From Acutalibacteraceae bacterium (GTDB lineage Bacteria; Bacillota; Clostridia; Oscillospirales; Acutalibacteraceae): a DNA stretch of 64,000 bases. Positions within the stretch are counted from its first letter, which is position 1, and each line of letters begins with the position of its first letter. The translations under genes and the position numbers were made by a program. The stretch is taken from positions 55,761 to 119,760 of the forward strand of contig JAZQHT010000014.1 of assembly GCA_045540715.1 (NCBI GenBank). Reading direction: 5' to 3'. Shown here piece by piece: positions 9,706-18,962 of the stretch. The notes under the pieces are model-generated. The model saw nothing but the letters and a program-made list of their open reading frames with translations, was not told where the DNA came from and ran no database searches.

Positions 9706-9804
9706 ATACTATCCTTCTCAAATTAAAAATCAACAGAAGTAATTGTAACACTAATAAACTTAAAAATCAAGTAAAAAAGCCCACCTTTTTAAAGTGGGCT
9801 TTTT

Positions 9805-11634
9805 TTATTTTTTATTAGCAATTTTATCGCAAACAAAACACAAATTTTTATAAGAAGATAAACTGCGCTCATCCGCTTTTAAAATGGCCTTTTTTATTTC
9901 TTCTTCAAATTGCGGTTTAGCTTTAATTATTCTTTTTGCCGCATTGATTTGTTCCATAAAGCTATCTTCTCTTGGTGCAAGACCATATCTTGAAACCAAG
10001 CGTTTTAGGTAAGAGCAAGGAGTTACTATTTTTCCTGCAATTATATCTTGTTTTGTTATTTTTGCAATCAAAATTTCACTGCCGCTGTCAAGCTTTTGCC
10101 TTATTCTTTCTTGGTCGTAAATAATAATATATTCGTCGTTACCGTTATCAACTATCTGTGGGTAAGAAGAAAGAACACGCTCATCTAATAAAAGCTTATA
10201 TTCAAATGTTTTGCCGCCATCATAAGAAATACCAATGCTTAAATTTTCTCTTTTGTTGTTATTTGTATCGTTAAAAGCATATAGCATTTCGCCAAACTTA
10301 AAACATTTTGCGGCACTACGCGAAGCCACGTTTTGAAGCATTTTTCCATTTTCACAATAAGTAATAGGTTTAGGATATGTCCAAAAGTTTAGATTTTTAA
10401 GGGTTGAACGCATTAAAAAGCTACCTTTTTCGGTGCGTTCTGTAAGTAAAATTTTACCTTTTTCATATTCAACAATACTAGGTTCAGAAACATTGCTATC
10501 GGCGTTTGAAACGTGGCATAAAACATTATAGTCTACGCCGTTTTCACTTTTTAAAACATATACGCCCAAATGATTTAAATATGGGTCATCTTTAAAACAA
10601 GCTTTTCTTATATGCCTTGTAAAGTTTATTGCCATATACCAGTTGCCATCGCTTGCCTTTATTGGCGGATTATCAAGAAGGCCATGAAAAATTCTTTTTG
10701 GTTTTGACCAAATCGGCAGTTCATCATCGGGGTTATCGGTATAGGTTAAAAAAGTACCCATTTTACCATTATAGCCATAATCTTTACCTGCAGCTTGGCA
10801 ATATGCAAAATATACCCTGCCTGTATCATTATCGGTCCAAAGAATTGGCTCAAAGGTACGGCTAGGACCGTCTTTATCGGGATCTATTATCATAATATCT
10901 TCAAAATTTATAAGGTCTTTGCTTCTTCCAACAGCAACGTAACAATGATGATTTTCACCGTTGCCGCCCGCTTTACCAAAAGGTGTGCACATAACCCCAT
11001 ATAAATAATTACCGCCATTAGTTTTAACTATACTTGGACAAGCTTGATAACCACGGTTTTCGTGGCGATAAAATTCGTACTCTGCTTTTAAAGTCTCTCC
11101 CAAAATAGGCATATATGGCGTTAAACTCAACTTTATTAACTCATCTAACTTTTCTTCTGCAGAAATGGGGGTATAGCTTTCATCTATATTTGCAATAATT
11201 ATTTTTAAAGAATTGTTTAAAAAGGCATTTTTAAATTCAATATCCGTTGTATAATACCCTGCCCATAAATACAAATCAGTATTATAACCGGGTAATAATT
11301 CACCATTAAATTCTGCAACAAGAGTGGTATTAAACTGCTTTTCTAAAAAGAAACGCACCTGGTCAAAACCACATTCTTCTAAAGGTGGTTCTTTTTCTGT
11401 TAAAAAGAATATCACACCGTTTTTTGTAACGGTTAAAGTGGTTTGTGCAAAACAATTTGTATATACAAAACTTTTGTTTTCTAAAAATGATGGTACCTTA
11501 CTAATTTTAGACTGAAAAGTAAGGTTTGGCGAATCAAACATTTTTTCGCCTTCTGTTATAGTTTTTGGGTAACCGTGTTGTGGTATAATTGTTGCAAGTT
11601 CTTTATTAAAAAAACTTTCATCAAAAATTTGCAT
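9805..11634 (-). CDS. BNR/Asp-box (sialidase-fold) protein, cytoplasmic
   Basis: 609 aa. One clear Asp-box, ISYDGGKTF. No N-terminal signal peptide or TM. Confidence 0.45.
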   Translation of the reverse strand: MQIFDESFFNKELATIIPQHGYPKTITEGEKMFDSPNLTFQSKISKVPSFLENKSFVYTNCFAQTTLTVTKNGVIFFLTEKEPPLEECGFDQVRFFLEKQFNTTLVAEFNGELLPGYNTDLYLWAGYYTTDIEFKNAFLNNSLKIIIANIDESYTPISAEEKLDELIKLSLTPYMPILGETLKAEYEFYRHENRGYQACPSIVKTNGGNYLYGVMCTPFGKAGGNGENHHCYVAVGRSKDLINFEDIMIIDPDKDGPSRTFEPILWTDNDTGRVYFAYCQAAGKDYGYNGKMGTFLTYTDNPDDELPIWSKPKRIFHGLLDNPPIKASDGNWYMAINFTRHIRKACFKDDPYLNHLGVYVLKSENGVDYNVLCHVSNADSNVSEPSIVEYEKGKILLTERTEKGSFLMRSTLKNLNFWTYPKPITYCENGKMLQNVASRSAAKCFKFGEMLYAFNDTNNNKRENLSIGISYDGGKTFEYKLLLDERVLSSYPQIVDNGNDEYIIIYDQERIRQKLDSGSEILIAKITKQDIIAGKIVTPCSYLKRLVSRYGLAPREDSFMEQINAAKRIIKAKPQFEEEIKKAILKADERSLSSYKNLCFVCDKIANKK

Positions 11635-11755
11635 ATTACCACTCCTTTAAACAACTTATACCACAATAATTTTAAAAATACAAGTCTAAAAATATGTTGG
11701 TTATTCGTGGTTTATTAAACCAAAAAGCCGAGTGAATTTTCACTCGGCTTTTATA

Positions 11756-11980
11756 TTATTTTGTTTTCTTAGCAAATACTTTGTTAATTAGCATTGTTAC
11801 TATAATTATAACACCAATAAGAACAAAAATTACCGACATACCAATTAACATTTTAGGAAGCATTTCTACAAATCTTGATGGTTCAAAAACTAGGTTTGTA
11901 CCTGTTGCAGTGGTTTCTGCGCTTGAAGAAGGAAGACTTGAAGATGCATTTAAAAAATTCATAATTTTACTTAATAACAT
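11756..11980 (-). CDS. OadG-family decarboxylase gamma subunit
   Basis: 74 aa with a single TM, LIGMSVIFVLIGVIIIVTMLI. Lies directly after the beta subunit gene. Confidence 0.55.
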   Translation of the reverse strand: MLLSKIMNFLNASSSLPSSSAETTATGTNLVFEPSRFVEMLPKMLIGMSVIFVLIGVIIIVTMLINKVFAKKTK

Positions 11981-11997
11981 TTTTAGTTCCTCCTTAT

Positions 11998-13104
11998 TTA
12001 AAACATATTTAAGATAATACCGCCTGCAATAACAGAGGCAATTTGACCAGATACGTTAACACCGATTGAGTGCATTAGTAAGAAGTTTTGAGGGTCTTCT
12101 TTAAGTCCCATTTTATGAACAATACGACCGCTCATAGGAAATGCCGAAATACCGGCAGCGCCAATCATTGGGTTTAACTTTTTCTTTGAGAAAAGGTTTA
12201 TAAGTTTTGCAAATAAAACGCCGCCTGCAGTATCTACAATAAAGGCAATTAAACCAAGACCTAAAATTAAAAGGGTGTTTGGTGTTAAGAATTTATCGCC
12301 TGTCATATTTAATGCAACAGAAATTCCCAAGAAAATTGTTACAAGGTTTGCAAGCACTTTTTGTGCGGTTTCTGAAAGTGAATCTAATACGCCACATTCA
12401 CGAATTAGGTTACCAAACATTAAAAATCCGATAAGCGCGGTAGCATCGGGAACAACTGCTGAAACAACAATTGTAATTAAAATTGGGAATAAAATACGAG
12501 TTAATTTTGAAACGCTCTTTTGTTCATAAGGCATTCTAATTAAGCGTTCTTTTTTGGTGGTTAAAAGTTTAATAACCGGTGGTTGAATAACAGGTACTAA
12601 AGCCATATACGAATATGCCGCAACAGTAATTGGTCCTACAAACGAAGAACCTAATGTGTTTGCAACCGCAATTGAAGTGGGACCGTCTGCAGCGCCTATA
12701 ATTGCAATTGAAGCTGCGTCTTTATTTTCCGGGAAGAAAATTGCAGCCATTGCAAGAGTAAAGAATATACCAAACTGAGCAGCCGCACCAAACAACATTA
12801 ATTTGGGGTTTGTAAGTAATGGGCCAAAGTCTATCATAGCACCAATACCAATAAATAATAAAAGTGGGAATAGTTCGTTAGCAATACCCGCATTATATAA
12901 TTCGTTAATAGGGCCCGTTAACGCCGTAGAGCCGGGAATATTAACTAAAATTGTACCAAAGCCCATTGGTAAAAGCAGGGTTGGTTCCATTTCTTTTTTA
13001 ATGGCCAAAAAGATTAATATAAGACCAATTAAGATCATAACCCAGTTTTGCCAAGAAAATTTTAAGAGATTTATCCATAAAATCTCAAATTCTGTAAAAT
13101 CCAT
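11998..13104 (-). CDS. sodium-ion-translocating decarboxylase beta subunit (OadB/GcdB/MmdB family)
   Basis: 368 aa polytopic protein whose overall sequence is typical of the OadB family (...GIGAMIDFGPLL..., ...AAGISAFPMSGR...). Confidence 0.8.
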   Translation of the reverse strand: MDFTEFEILWINLLKFSWQNWVMILIGLILIFLAIKKEMEPTLLLPMGFGTILVNIPGSTALTGPINELYNAGIANELFPLLLFIGIGAMIDFGPLLTNPKLMLFGAAAQFGIFFTLAMAAIFFPENKDAASIAIIGAADGPTSIAVANTLGSSFVGPITVAAYSYMALVPVIQPPVIKLLTTKKERLIRMPYEQKSVSKLTRILFPILITIVVSAVVPDATALIGFLMFGNLIRECGVLDSLSETAQKVLANLVTIFLGISVALNMTGDKFLTPNTLLILGLGLIAFIVDTAGGVLFAKLINLFSKKKLNPMIGAAGISAFPMSGRIVHKMGLKEDPQNFLLMHSIGVNVSGQIASVIAGGIILNMF

Positions 13105-13211
13105 TTTTCTCCTCCGCTAAAAATTACTACCTTGTTATTTTAACATTATTTTTATTAAAAATCAATTCAAATAAACAAAAAAGCAGTAAAAAAATTACTG
13201 CTTTTTAAACA

Positions 13212-14258
13212 CTAAATAATAAATTGAACCGTACAAAATGCCGCATATATTAAAAGCAACGATATGCCTTGCCAACGTGAAAGTTTTTGCTTAATAAGTG
13301 TTGGCACAGTTAAAATTAACATTACCAAAAGCATTACCGGAATATCTAAAACTAAAGATGAGTTATGTCCTAAAATGTAACCTGCAACCGGAACTTTAAA
13401 AGGACTTAAAGTTACTGCCGTACCACTTACAAGCACCAAGTTAAATAGGTTTGCACCAATAACATTGCCCAAAGAAAGTGAGCCGTGTCCTTTTATAAGT
13501 GCGGTTATGGCTGTTACAAATTCGGGTAAAGAAGTACCAAGGGCTACAATAGTAAGACCAATAACCTTTTCTGAAACACCAAACTCTTTTGCAATAATAA
13601 TTGCATTATCTACAAGCAAATCTGCGCCAAAAGCAATTAAAACAGCACCTATAAGAAGTAAGAGTATATCTTTTACAATACTGTCTTTAGTGCCTTCTTC
13701 AATTGATTCAACAACGTGGTCTTCACCGCTTTTATCCTCTAAAACATCTTCTTCGGTTGGCATATCTAAAAGTTCTTCACGTACAACCGTTTCTAACGAT
13801 GCACCGGTTTTTCTCATACGAATAACCGTTAACACCATATATAACAAAAAGGTTGAAAGTAAAATGATGCCAACTAATAAAGAAAACTCGCCAAATATGT
13901 AAGCACAAGCACAATAAATTGCTGCAGCTATAAAAAAGAAACTAACCGGTAAAATCATACTTTTTCTTGCGGCAGAACCGGGTTTTATTGCAATTGTTAA
14001 TGCTGCAATTAAAGCAGTATTGCAAATAATCGATCCAATAGCGTTACCGTAAGCAATTGATCCACTGCCTTGTAAAGCGGCCCCTGCCGAAACCATAACT
14101 TCGGGTAGGGTTGTACCAATTGAAACAACAGTTGCGCCAATTAAAATTTCGGGCAAGTGAAAACGACGTGCAATACCGGTTGCACCATCAACAAACCAGT
14201 CGCCACCTTTAATAAGTAAAACAAAGCCAAGAAGAAGCAAAAGAATTGGAACTATCAT
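13212..14258 (-). CDS. Ca2+/Na+ antiporter (CaCA, YrbG-like)
   Basis: 348 aa. Two alpha-repeat motifs, GNAIGSIICNTALI and GNVIGANLFNLVLV, separated by an acidic loop. Confidence 0.85.
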   Translation of the reverse strand: MIVPILLLLLGFVLLIKGGDWFVDGATGIARRFHLPEILIGATVVSIGTTLPEVMVSAGAALQGSGSIAYGNAIGSIICNTALIAALTIAIKPGSAARKSMILPVSFFFIAAAIYCACAYIFGEFSLLVGIILLSTFLLYMVLTVIRMRKTGASLETVVREELLDMPTEEDVLEDKSGEDHVVESIEEGTKDSIVKDILLLLIGAVLIAFGADLLVDNAIIIAKEFGVSEKVIGLTIVALGTSLPEFVTAITALIKGHGSLSLGNVIGANLFNLVLVSGTAVTLSPFKVPVAGYILGHNSSLVLDIPVMLLVMLILTVPTLIKQKLSRWQGISLLLIYAAFCTVQFII

Positions 14259-14472
14259 TTAATTTCTCCTTAAATAAATTACATATTTATTTTATCATTA
14301 GCAACTATAAATATCAATAAATTTAAAGACGGTGTTTGGTAAAATTTAATGGTTTTTTTAAAAAATTTTTATATTAATATTTTAAAAATTTTTTCGTATA
14401 ATTTTAAAAGTCCGTTTTTTGGGACACTAACCCCTTTATAATAAAATTACAAACTAAAGAAAGGAAATATTT

Positions 14473-15285
14473 ATGAAGCGTTTTACTGATTATAAAAAAC
14501 AACAAGTCGAAGAACCGGAAGAACCACGTTTTATTTTGCCTCTACCAAATTTTGCATCTTTAGTAAAAATTTATTTTCCAAAAAAGGACTGCTACTATAG
14601 TTATATTAACGACCGCTTTGAAAATTTAAAAATTGGAGACAGCGTTTACGTTAGCGGCAAGCTTGAAAATGTACGCGGTATTGTTAAAGACCAAACCTAT
14701 TCTTTTAAGTTTGACCCTAAAATTATGCAACGCGTTGTTTCTTTATGCGACACAGACGTTTTTGGAAAAGTTTACTTTAATAAAGAATTTTGTTTTACCT
14801 TTAATGAAGAAACACTTAACTTTAAAAAGGTGCTTTCGTGGTTTAGACCAATTTTAGAAGAAGATAATCTTGTAACGGTTGTAAATAATTTTGACAAAGG
14901 CTTTTCTCTTAAAGAGTTTCTTAAAAACGAGTTCTCAGAAAGTGATATAGCATTTGGGGTTGATATTTTTGAAGATGGTTGCATAAAATTTTTATCTTTA
15001 AACGGCACAAAGGGTTACGCGCTTATAAAATTAGGCGACCTATATGAACTTGAGTTTGAATATAAAGATGATATGATTTACAACTTTTCTTGCAACTGCT
15101 TTAACAGTTTTAACTGCGAACACAAATATGCAACCCTTTTAACCCTTGATTATGCGCTTAAAACTATTGAAAAAGAGTTTAAAGAAGAATTTAACAAAAC
15201 AAATTATTTTTGTTTTGTTAATAAAAATACATTTTTAGATATGGCTATGCAAAACAAAGAAAGCGGCCACTTGATTTTTGAATAA
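14473..15285 (+). CDS. SWIM zinc-finger domain protein
   Basis: 270 aa. CNCFNSFNCEH fits CxCxnCxH. SD AAAGGAAA. Confidence 0.55.
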   Translation: MKRFTDYKKQQVEEPEEPRFILPLPNFASLVKIYFPKKDCYYSYINDRFENLKIGDSVYVSGKLENVRGIVKDQTYSFKFDPKIMQRVVSLCDTDVFGKVYFNKEFCFTFNEETLNFKKVLSWFRPILEEDNLVTVVNNFDKGFSLKEFLKNEFSESDIAFGVDIFEDGCIKFLSLNGTKGYALIKLGDLYELEFEYKDDMIYNFSCNCFNSFNCEHKYATLLTLDYALKTIEKEFKEEFNKTNYFCFVNKNTFLDMAMQNKESGHLIFE

Positions 15286-15380
15286 ACCTATTCCTTCCTT
15301 TTCATAAATTTTACATTCCTTTTCCTTCCAACGAACAACGCCCCTACTTTTTTGTAGGGACGTTGTTCTTTTATATATAT

Positions 15381-15929
15381 TTAATTATTTTGTACTTTTC
15401 TGTCATGGCGAAAAACACCAATAATTATTGAAACTAGGCTAATGGCTTCACAGATAATACCGCCAATTGCAAAATTAAGAATATTATAGCTTAACCAACA
15501 AGGACTTGCTATAAATCCCATTTTTCTTATAGCCTTGCTACTGCCGATTTTAAAACCTATATTAAGCGAAATCATTGCAATAACGGGCAAAAGTTCAATT
15601 AATGCGTTATATAAAGTAAATTCCACTTTAAATACAGTAAATGTTAAAAGGTAAGAAAGAATATAGGCAAAACTAAAAAGGCTAAAATAAACCCAACTGT
15701 TAGATTTTATTTTTTCACCGTTATAATAAACAACTGCGCGAATAACCGCTACAATATTTAGCACCGCTCCAATTATAGCTTTTATCATAAAGTAGTTTAT
15801 GCAAAAAAGCGCACCGCCTATCATCTGAAGTAAAAATACCTTTTTGGCATCTTTTTGCTGATAACTTATAACGTTAAATATTAAAGCAACAATGCCTATT
15901 AATTGTGCTATTATTTCTATTGGATCCAT
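15381..15929 (-). CDS. YgjV-family inner membrane protein
   Basis: 182 aa, 5-6 TM. The N-terminus IAQLIGIVALIFNVISYQQKDAKKV is YgjV-like. Confidence 0.5.
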   Translation of the reverse strand: MDPIEIIAQLIGIVALIFNVISYQQKDAKKVFLLQMIGGALFCINYFMIKAIIGAVLNIVAVIRAVVYYNGEKIKSNSWVYFSLFSFAYILSYLLTFTVFKVEFTLYNALIELLPVIAMISLNIGFKIGSSKAIRKMGFIASPCWLSYNILNFAIGGIICEAISLVSIIIGVFRHDRKVQNN

Positions 15930-15939
15930 AATATTCCTC

Positions 15940-17112
15940 TTATGCTCTTGCTACTTTTGTTTTAATTGCTGCTTCTTTAACGGCTGCTGCAACCACAGAA
16001 GAAACCTCTTTATTTAAAGGCGAAACTATTATGTTGTTTTCGTTTAAATCTTTTTCGTCTATCATATTGGCAAGTGCTATCGACGCCGCCATTTTCATTT
16101 CTTCGTTTATACAACTTGCCCTAGAGTCTAATGCGCCTCTAAAAATACCGGGGAAGGCTAAAAGATTATTAATTTGATTATTAAAGTCGCTCCTGCCGGT
16201 TCCCACAACCTTTGCCCCTGCTTTTAAAGCAAGGTCGGGCATAATTTGGGGGGTGGGGTTTGCCATTGGAAAAACAATAGCGTCTTTATTCATAGATTTT
16301 ATCATATCTTCGGTTACAATATTGGGGGCCGATACACCAATAAAAACGTCGGCACCTTTTAAGGCATCAGAAAGTGTACCCTTTTGTAACTTTAGATTTG
16401 TAACCTCTGCCATTTCTTCTTGTGAAGGGTTATTATCTTTATTGCCTTTATAAATAATGCCAAACTTATCGCACATTGTAAGGTTTTTTACACCCAAATT
16501 AAGTATATGTTTTGCAATTGCAATGCCGGCACTGCCTGCGCCATTAATTACAACCTTAACGTTATTAATATCTTTTTTAACAACCTTTAATGCATTTATT
16601 AATGCGGCGGCAAGTACAACTGCCGTGCCATGTTGGTCATCGTGAAAAACGGGTATATCGCAAACCTCTTTTAATTTTTGCTCAATTAAAAAGCAACGTG
16701 GTGCTGAAATATCTTCTAAATTAATGCCCCCAAAAGAGCCTGAAATAAGTTTTATGGTGTTTACAATTTCATCAACGTCCATACTGTTTACACATAGTGG
16801 AATTGCATCGATATTTGCAAACTCTTTAAATAAAAGGCACTTGCCTTCCATAACCGGCATTGAAGCTAATGGTCCAATATTACCAAGCCCTAAAACCGCA
16901 GTACCATCTGTTATTACGGCAACGGTATTAGCGCGGCGGGTTAGCTTATACGATAAATCGTTATCTTTTTCAATCGCTAAACAGGGTTCTGCAACGCCGG
17001 GGGTATATGCTAAAGATAAATCTTCTTTAGTTTCTACTTTTACGCGCGAAACCATTTCAATTTTGCCCTGCCACTCATAATGCTTTTTTAAGGATTTTTG
17101 TTTTACGTCCAT
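15940..17112 (-). CDS. NAD(P)-dependent malic enzyme
   Basis: LSLAYTPGVAEPC, VITDGTAVLGLGNIG and GINLEDI motifs. ATG 17112 with SD GGGAG. The track's TTG 17127 lies inside the upstream gene's end. Confidence 0.9.
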   Translation of the reverse strand: MDVKQKSLKKHYEWQGKIEMVSRVKVETKEDLSLAYTPGVAEPCLAIEKDNDLSYKLTRRANTVAVITDGTAVLGLGNIGPLASMPVMEGKCLLFKEFANIDAIPLCVNSMDVDEIVNTIKLISGSFGGINLEDISAPRCFLIEQKLKEVCDIPVFHDDQHGTAVVLAAALINALKVVKKDINNVKVVINGAGSAGIAIAKHILNLGVKNLTMCDKFGIIYKGNKDNNPSQEEMAEVTNLKLQKGTLSDALKGADVFIGVSAPNIVTEDMIKSMNKDAIVFPMANPTPQIMPDLALKAGAKVVGTGRSDFNNQINNLLAFPGIFRGALDSRASCINEEMKMAASIALANMIDEKDLNENNIIVSPLNKEVSSVVAAAVKEAAIKTKVARA

Positions 17113-17114
17113 TT

Positions 17115-18224
17115 TTATTTCTCCCAAGGAAATACATATTTAGTTAATTGCAACTCATCGCGAATTGCCATAATTTCTTTTTGTACCGATTCGTTTATTG
17201 GAACACCGCTACTACGCGAAAGCATAATTTCGTACTCTTTTTCACCCGCTGTATAAATTCTTGTTTCTCCGGGTGCTTTTTTAGAAGCTCTTACCTTTCT
17301 TAAAACCTCACCCGCTTTTTTACGTGCAAGGTCTTCGCCTAAAAAGTGTTCGGTATCAATGGCTATAAACCAGTGTCCTAAAGAATAAGGGCGAATATTA
17401 CCGTTTTCATCTTTGCCGTCAAGGTCTTTGCCATAGCAACCATCTTGCAAAATACACGAAAATAGTTCAACCGCCAAAGCAAAACCGTAACCCTTATAGC
17501 CACCTAAATCTTCACCAATACCACCAAGTGTTGTAAGGGCGGCTTCACCGTTACGTATTTTTTTAAGTGCTAAACCACTATCGCCATTTACAGCGTTACC
17601 ATCTATATCAATAACAGTGTCAGGGTGAATATCTTCACCAATTCTTTCGTAATATTCAATTTTTCCGTTTTGAGTAATTGATGTGGCGCAGTCAAAGTTA
17701 AAATCAAATTTTTCATCGGTTGGAACACCTATTGTAAATGGGTTTGTACCAAACATACCCTCAACGCCAAGTGTTGGTGCAACAGAAGGACGGGCGTTTG
17801 TGCCTGTCATACCAATACAGCCTTCTTTTGCGGCCATTGTTGTATAATAACCCGCTATACCATAATGGCAAGAATTACGTACAGCCACCATACCCATACC
17901 ATATTCTTTTGCCTTTTTTATTGCCATGCTCATAGCAGTATGTCCTATAACCTGACCCATACCATGATGGCCGTCAATTACTGCGGTAGTTGGGGTTTCT
18001 TTAATAATTTCTATATTGGTTTGTGCTTTTTGAATACCCGCTTTAATTCTGTCTAAATAAACCGGCTTAAAGCGATTAACTCCGTGAGATTCAATGCCTC
18101 GTTTATCGCTAAGCAATAAAACGTCGGCGCAAATTTCGGCATCTTTTTTAGGAACACCATATCCCACAAAGGCATCAACAACAAAATTTGTAATGGTTTG
18201 CCAATCAACAATATTATTTTTCAT
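17115..18224 (-). CDS. Ldh_2 family oxidoreductase (malate/L-lactate/sulfolactate/ureidoglycolate dehydrogenase or ketimine-reductase family)
   Basis: 369 aa. GIESHGVNRF, typical of the Ldh_2 family. Confidence 0.8.
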   Translation of the reverse strand: MKNNIVDWQTITNFVVDAFVGYGVPKKDAEICADVLLLSDKRGIESHGVNRFKPVYLDRIKAGIQKAQTNIEIIKETPTTAVIDGHHGMGQVIGHTAMSMAIKKAKEYGMGMVAVRNSCHYGIAGYYTTMAAKEGCIGMTGTNARPSVAPTLGVEGMFGTNPFTIGVPTDEKFDFNFDCATSITQNGKIEYYERIGEDIHPDTVIDIDGNAVNGDSGLALKKIRNGEAALTTLGGIGEDLGGYKGYGFALAVELFSCILQDGCYGKDLDGKDENGNIRPYSLGHWFIAIDTEHFLGEDLARKKAGEVLRKVRASKKAPGETRIYTAGEKEYEIMLSRSSGVPINESVQKEIMAIRDELQLTKYVFPWEK

Positions 18225-18240
18225 TTTTATTCTCCTTATA

Positions 18241-18296
18241 TTTTATAAAAATAAAAACGAAAACACAAGAGTATTTTTACTCTTTTGTTTTCGTTT
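18241..18296 (-). terminator. long terminator-like hairpin between glpP and the Ldh_2 gene
   Basis: Minus strand: AACGAAAACAAAAGAGT-AAAAA-TACTCTTGTGTTTTCGTT followed by TTTTTATTTTT. About a 17-bp stem with one mismatch. Confidence 0.7.
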
Positions 18297-18324
18297 CTCA
18301 TTTTCTCTAACGAAATATTTAATT

Positions 18325-18870
18325 TTATGCGTTCCAAAGTTCTTTTTTACCACTTGAAACGGCAATTGCTCCACTTTGTAAAGCGGTTAAAACTTCTGAT
18401 TTGGTTTCTATTAATCCACCTGCAATAACAGGTTGGTTGCATAAACTGAATTTTTTAATGATTTTGGGAATAACACCGGGCATAATTTCAATAAAATCTG
18501 CCGAGCTTTCTTTAATTGCCTCAAGTCCTTGCGAATCTAAAGCAAAAAAACGTTGAACAGTTAACAAAGATTTATCTTTTGCGGCGGTTATAAGCTGATT
18601 GCGTGTGCTTATAATTCCGCTAACCCCTAAAGCTGCCAAAAACTCAATACCGGTTTTATCACGGCCTATACCCTCTGCTAAATCTATATGAACAAAAATC
18701 ATTTTATTATTTTCTAAAGCTTTTTTTATGCGGTCTTTTATGGTTAAAAGATTTGCCTTTAAATAAAAAATTACTTCGGCTTCGCTATTTAAAGCATCAA
18801 AATAATTTTCATCCCTTACGGCCGCAATAATAGGGCTTCGCTCTAAAGCATCAATAAGTTTATTTTTCAT
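18325..18870 (-). CDS. glpP: GlpP-family glycerol-3-phosphate-responsive antiterminator
   Basis: PIIAAVRDE..., FIEIMPGVIPKIIKK and GGLIETKSEV...AVSSGKKELW. ATG 18870 with SD GGGAGAAG. The track start at 18900 lies in the hairpin. Confidence 0.8.
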   Translation of the reverse strand: MKNKLIDALERSPIIAAVRDENYFDALNSEAEVIFYLKANLLTIKDRIKKALENNKMIFVHIDLAEGIGRDKTGIEFLAALGVSGIISTRNQLITAAKDKSLLTVQRFFALDSQGLEAIKESSADFIEIMPGVIPKIIKKFSLCNQPVIAGGLIETKSEVLTALQSGAIAVSSGKKELWNA

Positions 18871-18883
18871 TGTCTTCTCCCTA

Positions 18884-18917
18884 AAATAAAAAAGATGCAA
18901 TTTTCCTATTGCATCTT
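18884..18917 (-). terminator. intrinsic terminator 14 nt upstream of the glpP start
   Basis: Minus strand: AAGATGCAAT-AGGAAA-ATTGCATCTT followed by TTTTTATTTT. Confidence 0.7.
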
Positions 18918-18962
18918 TTCTCTAATCTCCAATAAAAATTATATATTAAAAAATTCCTTTTG

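Noticed and set aside
9706-9804. Possible fluoride riboswitch upstream of the CPA2/ClC pair
   Set aside because: The region is short and AT-rich. It holds only the neighbouring gene's terminator and nothing resembling the crcB-motif conserved core.
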